Positions 25,218 to 36,720 are shown, numbered from the whole stretch's first letter. The stretch: DNA of 64,000 bases, filler included, from Sphacelaria rigidula (GCA_964200075.2; 5 parts of 5 records of this genome joined end to end with filler, not necessarily neighbours in it), one strand, 5' to 3'. Notes: a model not told the origin generated them from the letters alone. Numbers and translations are program-made.

Positions 25218-25470
25218 GCCGGTCGCCCCGGTAGCTCAGTTGACATCCCCAGAACGTTCCGACGGTTGGGACGTGGGTTTGCACCTTGTTGAAGCCGCAC
25301 GATCCGGGGCTTCCCCACATCATGCTCATCAGTGGAGAGTGGCATCATCGCGAGCACATAGAGTTTGGCTTCACGGTCGATTTGGGGAAGGGCTCGCCGA
25401 GCCCTTCTCGCGACGAGGAGGAAGGCAAGCACTGCAGAAAGGAGGTGGAGGACTGATGAATACTAAAAAG
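25218..25470 (+). mobile_element. tRNA-derived SINE, diverged copy
   Basis: GGTCGCCCCGGTAGCTCAGTTG head; body aligns by eye with the copies at 27822 and 56603. Confidence 0.75.
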
Positions 25471-25544
25471 ATGCATGCAACAACAAATTGTGCGAATTGA
25501 GGTTTAACTCCGAGATGAGGTTCAAGCCTAAAACAGTGCTTTCC

Positions 25545-25644
25545 NNNNNNNNNNNNNNNNNNNNNNNNNNNNNNNNNNNNNNNNNNNNTTAATTAATTAA
25601 NNNNNNNNNNNNNNNNNNNNNNNNNNNNNNNNNNNNNNNNNNNN
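25545..25644. other. Artificial 100-nt assembly spacer
   Basis: N44-TTAATTAATTAA-N44. Confidence 0.98.
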
Positions 25645-25705
25645 AACCCAACGCATCGGGAATCGCAACCTCGTTCTCTCCACCCTAATGGCGACAGTCG
25701 GACCA

Positions 25706-26270
25706 TTACACCACCGGGGTGCGGCTGCGGCTCTTGTTTTTCTCTTTCGCGTTTTTTCTTGAAGGGGGGCTGAGCCCGACAGACTCCGGAGCTCCATTTT
25801 CCGTGTCTTCCTCTTCTGACTCACCCGCGCGACGGTTCGAATGGTTGGGCGTCCCCGTCCTGCTTTTCTTCTTTTGTTTCTCCAATCCGGTGTGGCTGTT
25901 CACGCCATCGACGGACGAATCTTTCGATGTAGGCCTTGACGGCAACCCAAAACCGGAAACAGATTCACTCGCGTGCTTTTCGGGCCCACCTTCAGGACTG
26001 CTCTCAGAGGGCGACCCAACATCTGGTGACGGAGAAGGGGACAGCACTGTGTCGGGAGAACGGTCGCCGCCCCGGCTTGAACCTGATGATCCGCTAGCTA
26101 CTGTTGGATGGCGACGCCGAGGGAGAGTCCGATTTTGCGGACAAGCTGCTAATTGATGGTGTGCTGTTAGGCGATGACGCCGACGAAGCGAAACCTGACG
26201 ATGCGCTCTTGCTCGCTGTTTTGTTCGGCCGTGCTTCCACGGTAGAGGAACCCACGGACTCCTCGTCGCC
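25706..26270 (-). pseudogene. Ser/Lys-rich low-complexity reading frame broken by a 4-bp duplication
   Basis: DEESVGSSTVEARPNKTASKSASSG...SPSNSS* continues as GSSGSSRGGDRSPDTVLSPSPS...KEKNKSRSRTPVV* once one GCTA of GCTAGCTA (26093-26100) is removed. Host or TE origin unknown. Confidence 0.4.
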
Positions 26271-26339
26271 TTAGTCTCTCTTCGTGTAAGCGAGATAGGT
26301 TGGGTTGATACCCTTCACATTCGTTTTGTACCGCTTACT

Positions 26340-27400
26340 GCCATCGTGCTTACCCATCAGGTCGAAAGACGAGCTTCGAGCCGACGACCTGATCGTTGCG
26401 TGGACTCGGAGCTCGTCGACAATGATCACACTATTGAAACATTGATATATTTCACCGTGATTCGTATGCTACCATCCTTCTTGGGGACGACCACTGACGG
26501 CAACGGGCAAAGCCCAAGGGGAGGAGGGGTGTTGTATCAAGCCGGCTCCGTGACATGTATCCGTTGTAGCGTTCACGTCATTAGCGAGGGTTGGCTTTGT
26601 CCGACATGGTCTTGAAGATATGGGCATTGTGCGGTGTTCGAGTTGTAGCTCGAAGGCTAGCGTCTTGCAGTGCCTCAAATCGGTTTGAATGCAGAAAACC
26701 GATCTTGAAAGCAAAAATGCAATAACGCTCAGCATTCAAATAAGGGCTGGTTCCCATCCGGACCCGTGAAAGCCTAAGGTCGTGTCGCCCGAACGTGGTG
26801 GAAAACTGGCCCCAAATGAACAATAAACCAACCCCAGAATCTTCGGAAAGATACTCGACGACTTTGGTACGTAGAGAGGTTGTCTACCGACGGGGCGGAA
26901 TGCACGATATTCATTGCTGCGGCGCGGGAAGCTTCGTGTCGAAATAGTCGTCATCGTCACTGTAAACTAACGGGTCTGTTTAAGGCGATGTGCGATACGC
27001 TTGAAAATGATCGATACAGGTTTCCGGAGGTATGTACACCGAAGCGGCGGCGATTCTCAAAGTGTCGCCGAGTTCCAAATCAGCACGTGCCATCAGAGGC
27101 AGTAGTTTTTCCTTCTGAGAATACAAAATATCCCGTATCGATCGGCATGTCGACACGTCTTAGCACTTAGGCCAAGTAGTGCCCCGTAAGCGCACGATTG
27201 CGGTTCCAGTAGACACGGCAAATATGCCGTCGTCATCGTGGGTGGCGTTCGCAAACATAGAGGAGTTGGTCAATAACAGCACCGTGAATGCCGGTTTTGA
27301 GGGCCAATCGGTGATATTGTTCGTAAAGACAGTCTCGCCCTCGAAGGGTCGCCACAAGCCTCAATGTGTTGTTAGAAGCAGCTGTATTTGTATACTACAC
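26340..27400 (-). mobile_element. Ty3/Gypsy LTR retrotransposon pol fragment (RT N-terminus), degenerate
   Basis: Frameshifted SRPCR..P...AGLIQHPSSPWA / VVVPKKDGSIRITVKY / SVIIVDEL...SSFDLMG at 26340-26620 match RT motifs 1-3 of Gypsy elements. The upstream extent is approximate. Confidence 0.75.
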
Positions 27401-27821
27401 TACACACGGCACCAAATGTACACATTTCACCCGAGGACAAGCGCGTCCATAACGATCGGGGGACATCGATTGGAGTCCTTGTTAAGCGTAACCTATGCCA
27501 CATACACTACACGCGTTTTCTGCCCCTGGGTTCAAACAGTCGTGACCTTCTCATCCTTTTGGAGTCAAGGCTGTTTTCTGGACGGTGTGTAAAGCAAGCC
27601 CGATGACTATGCATGAGGGTACAAAAGGCAAGTCACTTACCCTAAGGGATGCTAGCGACTAGGAGATACTGAAGTCCTCGTTTTGAGCAATACCTCTACC
27701 CTATGCCAATGCACGCAAGTTTGCTCCCTCATTCGAGTGGGCAAAGTCCTCAAAACCCTTCAGGTGCCAGTATTATCTTCAAAATCGTGCGCGAAGCAAG
27801 CCGGGTTACTGTGCATGCAGG

Positions 27822-28200
27822 GCCGGTCGCTCCGGTGGCTCAGTTGGTAACCTCGAAACCTTCTGACGGTTGGGTAGTGGGTTCGAATCTCGGAGCGATA
27901 TGGGATTTTTTCTTCCACAGTACCCAACAGTGGAAAGTGGCTATGTCGTGGGTACACAAACTTCGGCTCAACAATAGACGAGGGAAAGGGGCTGCTGAAC
28001 CCCTCTCGCGATACAAAATAAAGGCAAGCACTGCAGAAGGAAGGTGGAGAACTACAACAAATGAAAAAAGTATTTAAAAAACAACTCCTGTGTTGGCTTT
28101 CCTCCTGTGTGACCCCGGCTGGTGCACCCACATGTACCGAAAGGTGTGGACCAACGTCCAGAATAGCTGAGATGGCAACATATACAGCACACACACATAG
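27822..28200 (+). mobile_element. tRNA-derived SINE, full-length copy
   Basis: A box TGGCTCAGTTGG, B box GGTTCGAATC, shared body, 3' segment CCTGTGTGACCCCGGCTGGTGCACCCACAT and (CA)n tail. Confidence 0.85.
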
Positions 28201-28799
28201 AAGGACGCAAACACACGAAAATAGCAAGTCAGTTGCCCGAGAATCCAGTCGGAGCTCTCGTTCACAAGCGAAACCGCTAGAAACTCACATGTTTGGTCCC
28301 TGGATACCAGTGGCCGGAATTCTTCCAGAACATGCTCATTTGTCATGTTGTACATCAACCACGCTCTAAGGATGTAAAGTTAGTAATATTTTTTCGTACA
28401 TACGTCGGCCTTGGTTTGTTTCGTTTCATTTCATTTCGCGTTTTGTTCGTGTACGACCTCCTCACCTGAGCCCATGCGGCGGGGACTTGCCATTGCTTTT
28501 GTTTTGGGGGACCGGGAGCAAAGATGTTGGGGTGGTGTTTTTTTCGTCTTCTTCTTTTTCTCCTTCTCCTTTTCTTTCTTCTAATTTTTCTGTTTGCAGT
28601 CTCCTCTTCTTTTCCTTTTTTCTTGTTTAAGGTCAGCCATTTCTTTCTGTTCTTTGCTTGTGTTGATTTTTTTTTACTATTTTCTTGTTTTGTCACGACT
28701 TAGTCTGCTATGTCGTTCTGTTCGACCACTCTTTCTTTGTTTTTCTGTTCCTTCTTTTTTCTCAAAGCGCGTTTCAGTTTCGTTTTTCTTGGGTACGTC

Positions 28800-28859
28800 T
28801 ATAATGAGACCACGGCTGGACCCCTGGGGGGTCAGTTGAAGTGCGACAATCAATCAATC
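28800..28859 (+). mobile_element. LINE/SINE 3' end with (CAAT)n tail
   Basis: ATGAGACCACGGCTGGACCCCTGGGGGGTCAGTTGAAGTGCGACAATCAATCAATC; near-identical inverted copies at ~38297-38362 and ~38545-38602. Confidence 0.75.
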
Positions 28860-28929
28860 TTTGTTACCTCTCTTTTTCGTCTTCATTTCCTCCTTTTATT
28901 AGCGAGAATTTCTTTATCAAGAATCGTAA

Positions 28930-29027
28930 TCCTCAGACCGCGAGATTAGTCTTTCTGGATTATGCATAATTTTTTTCACTTGAAATTGATGCCGATTCAT
29001 CAGAAGACTAATCTCGCGGTCTAAGGG
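28930..29027. mobile_element. 98-bp piggyBac-like MITE
   Basis: ~28-bp TIRs TCCTCAGACCGCGAGATTAGTCTTTCTG / CAGAAGACTAATCTCGCGGTCTAAGGG, flanked by GTAA and TTAA. Confidence 0.7.
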
Positions 29028-29397
29028 TTAAGCGCATATTTTGGTTTGTTTGCCCTCGGTACGTCTGTCTCGTGACCGTAGCTCAGTTGTTAGCGGATCG
29101 GTCAATGCGCGAAGACCAACCAATCAATCCATAGGGCTGCAGCCACCTAACAAGTTAAAGCGGCAGGGACGGTGAGTTATTTTCTTGCCTACATGTTCAT
29201 AACGAGAAGAGCTGACAAGGTTGCCTTCCTTTCTCCAGCTCTCAACCCCATACGCGTTGCCGTTTGGGCAGCGAGGGTTTGTGAAGGGGGACGAGCTCAT
29301 CGCTTAGGTTTCGTGCCGTGTGCATTGTTTGCGTTTGTATGCAGTTGTGCTCGTTCCGCTTAGTTGGCTGCGGGGGGTGGCGGGGGGGGGGGGGCGT

Positions 29398-31345
29398 TGT
29401 TCCGCAAAGCTAAGTAAAGTTGCCGGGACTAGTGCTTAGTTGAAGTGAGTCCTTCTTCGCTAAGATAGTATCCACCTTGTCAGACGCCGTTGTCGTCTTA
29501 CTCGATCCCTCGAATGTGCCACGGTCCCCGTCAAGACGACAGGAGAACCCTCGTCTAAATGCTCCGAACCCTAAGCGCATATCACGCCCCCTCCTCTCGA
29601 GTTGAGAACCCCGTTCTCGGGCACTCAAAAAGCAGAAGAGTTTGAGATCGACAACGTCACTTGGCGCCCTTGAGAGAATAGATATATAATATATCCGACT
29701 CCCGTACCTCGTCCATACCCGTTGCTTGTGAAATGACGACTGCACCTGGCGTGTGAGGTGGCTTCAGCAAGTCGACAGTACCTTTGACCACCCAGAAGTC
29801 CGTTCGTCTTAGTGTGCAATTCTTTCACAACACCGATCATTCTGCCAGCCTTGCGGTTGGGCCTATCGAGTACCGGGCCACGCCGTCCATCATGCCGCCT
29901 GTGTCACCACAGGCAATGCCATTTACTTTGAAACACTTTGATACTGTTAGCGGCGCCTTGGCATACCGAAACAATAAAACAACGATCTTATTCGAGGAAA
30001 TACCTTCCATGTGCGATATTACGGTAATGCTGGTGTCACGCTCTCCGATTACCCATAACTGCTAGAAGTAGTACATCAGAACGGTATGCAAGCGCTGGCT
30101 GGGCACAACGATTCGATTTGCCTGCTACCGATACCGAACATTTCTTGTCGGCTGGGAACAACTCCCACCTCTCACGAGACATGCTATTGGAATCTGTAAT
30201 TAATTTGGGACGCCGCTGCTGCCTTGATGTACTTACGCTCGGAAACCTGTATCGATGACCCCTAGACACAGTCCGTTCCGCCCGAATCGAACTCCTCACT
30301 TCATTGCGTGAAAGAGGACTTGCTATTTCAAGCTTCTAACGCTACCGACGATCCATACTGTGGATCCTGTCCCATCTACCGTTGGCCCTCCGGCTGAAGT
30401 TTGAAGACGTATTTCTGATTATTCCAGGCGCAGCGTCCGGCACTTAGCTACCCCCGCACGCGCGTGATTTTTCTCTTACGGACATGGATGAGCAACAGCT
30501 GTACCGTGTACTTTGGGTGAAGTTCTGCTCGACTGTACAGAATGTTTCTCTCCGTTCAATCCGATGTTGGGCATTGCAAGACGACACTCTTCGAGGGAAA
30601 ACTCCAAGCGGAAACTACGCCAGTCTCCTCGTGACCTTATCGAACGAATTCAGAGCTACTGAATACAGACAATGTTATCCAGGATGAGTATTTAAGAGCA
30701 ACTCTGATCCAACACTCCTCCTTCTGTTGGGCTTCACCATTAGTCGTCATCTCCAAGAACGATGACAACATTGAATTGTGTCACAATCATCGCCAAGTTC
30801 CGGATCGCGCGCATAGATGATATTGTAGTGCCTTTGGCGTCGCTTCTGGCTTTTCCCGGAATGCTATCCACTCTGATGACATCTCGCTCACTGCGTCTTC
30901 CACCCCGCCAGGCGTTCACCAGTGATTGGGCATGCCGCAAGGTGCCTCCCCTGCGCAAGGGTGTTTTCAACGCGTGATGAAGCGTGTCACAGAAGGCCCG
31001 CAACTCGTCATCACGAGTCTCGATGACTCTATCGCACATGACGATTAGCTGACTGCACACCTTCGCAGTCGATGACAAATTCTCTCGCGTCTGCGCGACG
31101 CGATGTGAAGTTGTGCCCTTCTACATCCCGACTAGGGTTTACCGGGTTAGAATTTTCAGGACACTGTATCTCACCTGCTGGCTGTATCAAAATACCAATA
31201 AGTCGGCACGATGACAGATATGCCCCTACCGACAAATGATTCTCAATCCCGGTCTCTTTTCGGTGAATACTCCTACCCCCCGCAGTTTTTCGCCGAATTC
31301 GTCTAAACATCTACGCCCCTTGAACGCGCTACTCACACAATGTGT
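29398..31345 (+). mobile_element. Ty3/Gypsy LTR retrotransposon remnant (putative LTR, decayed gag/PR, RT)
   Basis: 30720-31340 encodes frameshifted WASPLVVISKNDDNIELC, RIDDIV, TPPGVH..LGMPQGASPAQGCFQRVM and LEFSGHCISPAG, which are Gypsy RT motifs. Candidate LTR TG(29398)...CA(29744) followed by TGGCG is low confidence. Confidence 0.75.
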
Positions 31346-31824
31346 CAGCAGGAGCCTTATTTTATCGTGCAGTATATATCATGAATATGGACGTTCATCA
31401 CGGACATCGTTCACGGATACGAACCCATATTCAATATGGATACCCATATTCGTCATGAATGTTCATTTGGGATCTCCATCTGTAATATGGACATATATGA
31501 TGGTTTTTCATCAGTGATGTGGGTATCTATGTGGAATATTCATCACATCGATACCCACTATGTATACTATCCCTGATCCTAACCCAGCGCAGATCGGACG
31601 GTACTTCTCATCGAGTGCGGCGAGGCTGATTTATTCGCGCTACAAGTTCTGATGGGAGGGTATCAGGTTGTTTCTTGTCAGGAGGCCAACCTATCGAATC
31701 GGCAGAACGGGGTGCCGATGTCCGGCGGGGCGGAGATGATGGCCCTGCGCCCAACATCACACCACACCTTGACTGGAAACTGGCTTATTATGGTTCTTCG
31801 AGGACAACTTCTTCGAAAATGATA

Positions 31825-32201
31825 ATGAACATTCAAATGAGTTTCAGCTGTAAAACAGTACTTTCACTGACCTAAAGTCATGATAAGTGGCTTTCATACG
31901 GACGACCTGATGCCCCCCGACCTCCCTGAAACTATTTTTGGGGGTTTCCCGCCTTGCGTTGTCCCAAATGGTATGTGCGAAAGCACCTTCGTCTCTCGAT
32001 TTCGGATCGAAAAAAGGGACGATTTTAGCTCTGAAATGGTGCTTTCCCAGGTACCCTTTGGGAGAGCGGACGACGGGAAACCCCAAAAAATAGCTTCAAG
32101 GGGGTCGGGTGGTATGAGGTCGTCCATGTGAAAGTCATTTATTCTTACTTTAGGTCAGGGAAAGCACTGACTTGGAGTTGAAACTAATTGTAATGATTCA
32201 T
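31825..32201. mobile_element. Foldback/MITE with ~165-bp inverted arms
   Basis: CTGACCTAAAGT...TTTCATACGGACGACCTGAT...GAAACTATTTTTGGGGGTTTCCCG...GAAAGCACC is mirrored by GGTGCTTTC...CGGGAAACCCCAAAAAATAGCTTC...AGGTCGTCCATGTGAAAG...ACTTTAGGTCAG. Confidence 0.8.
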
Positions 32202-32856
32202 ACATGACACACGACGACTCATTATTGGTGTCTGTTTGCCTCCTATCTCGCTACCGCAGCGCTGGCTTTGGACGGTGCAATGAACATTGATGCAAACTTT
32301 GCTTGGTCACTACTCTAAGGCTCATTATTATCTACCCTGTTTCACCGAGGATATCAGAAATTCTTGGACTTTTCGGGCTCTGCATTTAGACTTCTCCTAA
32401 AAGGAGGCGCCTTGATTTTTCTCCGAGGCATGATTTTTGGAGAAGACGTCCGAAAAAATCGGACTACAACGCAGCACTTAGGAGAGCTGCCCTGTGTGTA
32501 CGCCGAGGATCATCAGGTACCGTGCCAGTCCCGAAACGCCTGAGATCTCCGAAAAATAGTGTCGATAAAATTAGGCCTAACTCTCCATGCTTCTGTTCTC
32601 CGAGTGGGTCTCAGAAATCATTATCTTCGCAGTTTGGAAGGAATCATGAAGTTGTCATACCTGTTAATATTTTTATCTTGCTCTGCCCTGGGACATAGCC
32701 AGAAATCAAACCGTACCGAATGTTTCATAGTTAGATAATAACCTGTCAGGCTGGTGTGTCTCTATCAGCTGAGGGATCGGGTTGTGGAGTATTAGATAGG
32801 GGGTGGTCTCCAGCGAATGTTGTGCCAGGTGATACTGAAAATACCCTCCACACTTG

Positions 32857-33328
32857 GGCGGAGTCTAATGGGAGCCGTTCAAAGGTCCTGTTGAAAACTG
32901 CCTTTTGGGCCCTTCTCTATCGTGTTACGCCCGAAAAGAGAGCAGCGGTTGTTGACGCCTTGGAATGACTTGCTCTACTCGTTGACATATCGTTCCATGG
33001 CAGCTTTGCGTTTCCCGCTGACCGCAGTCTCATTTTCGGTCAAACTTGCATTCATCAGTAGCGAGCGGCCTGGTAATCATAATACTGGTAGTTTCCCCCT
33101 ATTTTTTTCATCACTTGACCGTCTGTTATCGAAAATGTAAGTTTGGCCAAATATATAACTGCGACCAACGGGAAACGCAAAGTTGCCCTGGAACGGTCTC
33201 AACGAGTAGAGCAAGTCATTTCAAGGCGTCGACATCTGCCAAGCTCTCTTTTCGGGCGTAAAACGACAGAGAAGGGCCTAAAATACAGTTTTTCACAGGA
33301 TTTTGAACGGCTCCCATTAGAGTTGGCC
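32857..33328. mobile_element. Foldback MITE, second full copy of the 9056-9531 family
   Basis: TCTAATGGGAGCCGTTCAAA... / ...TTTGAACGGCTCCCATTAGAGTTGGCC followed by TTA. Confidence 0.8.
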
Positions 33329-33440
33329 TTACTAAGTCGCTTCTTGCGGTGAACGAAAATAATAATTTGGAAGACTGCATTTTTGGACCTTGTGCGTCGT
33401 TTTACGCCCTACAAGAAGGCTAGGCGAAGTTTCACACCTC

Positions 33441-33670
33441 TGACTGAGTAGCTCAGTGGTCATTCATTTTCGTAACAGAAGCTAATGCCTGAGTCCGTTC
33501 AGCTGTTAACTACTGTCCGGAGTTCGATTGTCACCCGTGACAAAATTTTCTTGGCCAATTAATTGTTGAGAAACACAATAACCACTGAGTCACTCAGTCA
33601 GCGGTGACTGAGTAGCTCAGTGGTTGTTTGTTGTGCTTTAATTTCCGGACTTCGATTCTCACCCGCACAT
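33441..33670. repeat. Cluster of tRNA-like A/B-box motifs (two direct, one inverted)
   Basis: TGACTGAGTAGCTCAGTGGT at 33441 and 33605, an inverted variant at 33581-33600. Each direct copy is followed by TCCGGA(G/C)TTCGATT(G/C)TCACCCG. Confidence 0.6.
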
Positions 33671-34061
33671 AATCTTCGAGGCCAATTGGTCACGATCAAA
33701 GGATCGTCGATGACCTCCTTGTGTGCTTCTCAACAAAGGAAACATTTCCGTTTCCCCTTAGCTGCAGTTTTTTGTGGTCAAACTTGCATTCTTGTCCAAG
33801 AACCGTCAAATTCAGAGAAAACTGGCAGATTTTCCTAGATTTGACCGTTCTTGACCATTCTTTGACAAAAATGCAAGTTTTGGCCAGAAAAAACTGCAGC
33901 CACCGGAAATCACAAATGTGTCTCGAAACGGTTTCAATGAGCAGAACAAGTCATTCCAAGGTTTAAAACTCCGCGTAGCCCTTCTTTTGGGGCGCAAAAC
34001 AATGAAGAAGATCCAAACAGGCGATTTTCCAGTTTATGTTTTTGCCGCACGAGCGACCTTA

Positions 34062-35288
34062 GACCATCTTGTTGTATGGCAACCAATCCGTTTTTATACA
34101 AATATGAGCATTTCAGCCCGTCTACAGTCGACTTTCTCCCGTTGGTTGATTTACCGGACCCCAGTCCGTTGGGTAATTATATTTTTCGGCTTGCTCTGAG
34201 GAAACCAGATCAATTTTCCGATTCTCTGGACGTTGACTTTTGGTTTAGGTAAATATACAAAAAAGGGTAGACCCTTATGCTTTTGGAGCAAAAAGGGGTA
34301 GCGCATTTTTCGCTTTGGGGCGCGGCGCTGCACGCTGGCTGAGCACCTCGAATACACGTTCCAGCGCTCCAGCCCCACGCCCGCAAGGTCCCTGGGCAGC
34401 AAGCATATCCGATCATTTTTTCACTTCCACGAGTATTACTGGGCTGAACTACCGCGCCGAAAATGAGAGCCCGTGAGAGTACCCTTTTTTGTAAGCAAAA
34501 CAGGAGGGTACACCCTGCTCTCTGCTAAAAATGTATATCTACCCTTTTTTGTTCTACTGGTGTCCCTTTTGTGTCACGTGGTGACCCTTTTTTGTGAAGT
34601 GGTGACCGTATCGCCGTCTCAGCACAAATTACGCCGAGCAGTCACAACCATAAACATTTTCGGTAAAACTATACCCCGCCAAAAAAGGCCGAAACCCAAC
34701 GACCAGAAGAGTGTAGCCCCCCCTGTTGGTTGACCCGAAGACCCGGAACATCCAACGATACATACAGGTCTTTTGTGTGCCAGACCTCACGAAGATCCCA
34801 CGAACACGAGTGAACATCTTGCCGACACACCAGCCCGAACGGCATCACACGGGGGCGGCAACGTCAGCCCGTTGCCGGATCTGCAATTTGCGGCTCGGAA
34901 ACGGAGATGGACACCGACCGGATTTCGGATTGGAGCAAGAACACCGCCTGAATCCAGCGCCGTAGACTGTACAATCAGCTATCTTCCTCTGATCGCAAAA
35001 CACGCACTCTCCGACCACAACTCGGAATACCCCAAGCAGCTGTCGCATGCCCCCCGGCGGTGCGGGAGTCTCCCGATTTGAGCAGAAATGTGATTAACCA
35101 AAAGTCAACGTCCAGAGAATCGGAGAATCGATCTGGTTTCCTCGGAGCTAGCCGAAGAACATTGCCCAACGGACTGGGATCCAAAAAAAATCCACGGGAG
35201 AAAATCGCCTGTAATTAAACGGGCTGGAGTGCTCATATTTGTTTTTGTGCAAATACGGATTGGTTGTTGATTGCCATACAAGATGGTC
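34062..35288. mobile_element. Non-autonomous DNA transposon with ~190-bp TIRs and nested internal sequence
   Basis: GACCATCTTGTTGTATGGCAA...CTCTGGACGTTGACTTTTGGTT is inverted at AACCAAAAGTCAACGTCCAGAG...TTGCCATACAAGATGGTC. A shorter relative starts at 63362. Confidence 0.8.
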
Positions 35289-35662
35289 TTCGGAGGCGCA
35301 CAACGCTCGCTGGGCATCACTCCGTTTTCCCTGAAGAGAACAAACAAATACAACCCAACACGATCTCCCGAAATATGCAAATACACCAAGTTTAATATGA
35401 TGGGGTCCTGTATTGTTTTCTCTTGATTTTACGGCACCCGCTGCGGGTTTGTGTGTTCCAATATTTGCTGCTTCAGGAGTGATCACGGGTCTGAACAATT
35501 AGGACATATGTGACGATATATACACCGTAGGAAAGGCATGCCGCATTTAAACCCATTTCGCCTCTCCCTTCGCAGTAACGGACGGGGCACGCACCGTCCT
35601 CAGTGGGTCCCGTTTCATTCACCAACTAGAAGGAAATTGGTTCATCGGAGTGACCATCTATC

Positions 35663-36720
35663 ATGTCGAATCGCAATGTGCAGGCTAAGAACCGCGCTCC
35701 GGCGTCGATTCAGATCACTGCCGAGCAGATCTTGCGAGAGGCCAAAGACAGGCAGCTCGATGTGGAGGTCAAGGCCCCTCGACAGCAGATCACCGACGCC
35801 GAGGAGCTGGCCGTGTTCCGCAGGCGCAAACGCAAGGAGGTGAGACTGAGGGTTAGGCTTAGATGGCGCGAACTTGTCGGTATTGGTCTGTGTGCTTGAT
35901 GTTGGTTATAATTTATGTTGGTTTCTTTTCAAGAGGGGCCGCATGGCGGCATTCACGACTGCACGAGGGTAAATGCCCCAGTGACAGCGAACGGAAAACA
36001 GGAAGTTTGGTGTGTGAGCTTTGTCATGCTAGTATTCATGATGCGCCGACGGCTAGTGTTTAGACCCGCCGTCACGCTGTTCTGGTTTCGTGGGTGGTTG
36101 GCAGTGCAGCTTACTATTCGTAGAGCTCATGTAGTCGTCGATACAAACAGCACGCGCTGGCGTTTCGGAGCGACAATACTGAACAATTTGTCTGCTTTTC
36201 GGAACAGTTGTTTCCTCCACAGTTGGCCGCAGAAGGATTTGATAAATGCTGTGACTGGGGATAATCCCCGTTCCTATTAGAGGGAGTTGTAGTTCATCTT
36301 AGTTGACAGTACGTCGCTCTACGTGTCACCTACAGACAATACAGTGAAGGGAGCATATGATACCGCACACGGTTGGCGTGCAGTGAGGATGACGAAGAAT
36401 ACCACCCCCGATTATGAGTATTCAACGAGTGTCTACGCGATGCGATGCTCTGCCAGCGATCCAAACCACAGTTGCTGTCTCACCTCCCCCCCCGCCCTCC
36501 GTCTCCCTCTCTTCCCCCCCTCGTTGTTTGTGTCGTTTGCCGGTCTCGCCCCCTCTTTCTCACGGCGTTATACTGGGACTAGTTTGAGGACACCATCCGC
36601 AAGCAGAGAGAGCATATGGGGAATTGGATGAAATACGCTGCCTGGGAAGAATCGCAAAAAGAGTACGAGCGTGCCCGGAGCGTATATGAACGCGCCCTCG
36701 AGGTTGACTACCGTAATCAG
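35663..36720 (+). CDS. CRNKL1: Crooked neck-like pre-mRNA splicing factor (CRN/Clf1/Syf3), exons 1-2; remainder outside this segment
   Basis: Exon 35663-35839 [31 protein letters not shown]...[19 protein letters not shown] (donor GTGAGA) plus exon 36583-36720 [46 protein letters not shown] (donor GTGAGA): the canonical CRN N-terminus and first HAT repeats. Confidence 0.95.

Noticed and set aside
25445..25470. CTGATGA hammerhead-core-like motif at the end of SINE copy 1
   Set aside because: Not conserved in the other copies and lacks the flanking stems and GAAA.
26349..26432. Apparent minus-strand exon with GTAAGC donor
   Set aside because: It lies within continuous Gypsy RT motifs, so the splice signals are probably coincidental.
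27825..27900. Possible tRNA gene (also 56605-56680 and 25221-25290)
   Set aside because: A and B boxes are present but there is no convincing cloverleaf, and the same long body and CA tail follow each copy, so these are SINE heads.
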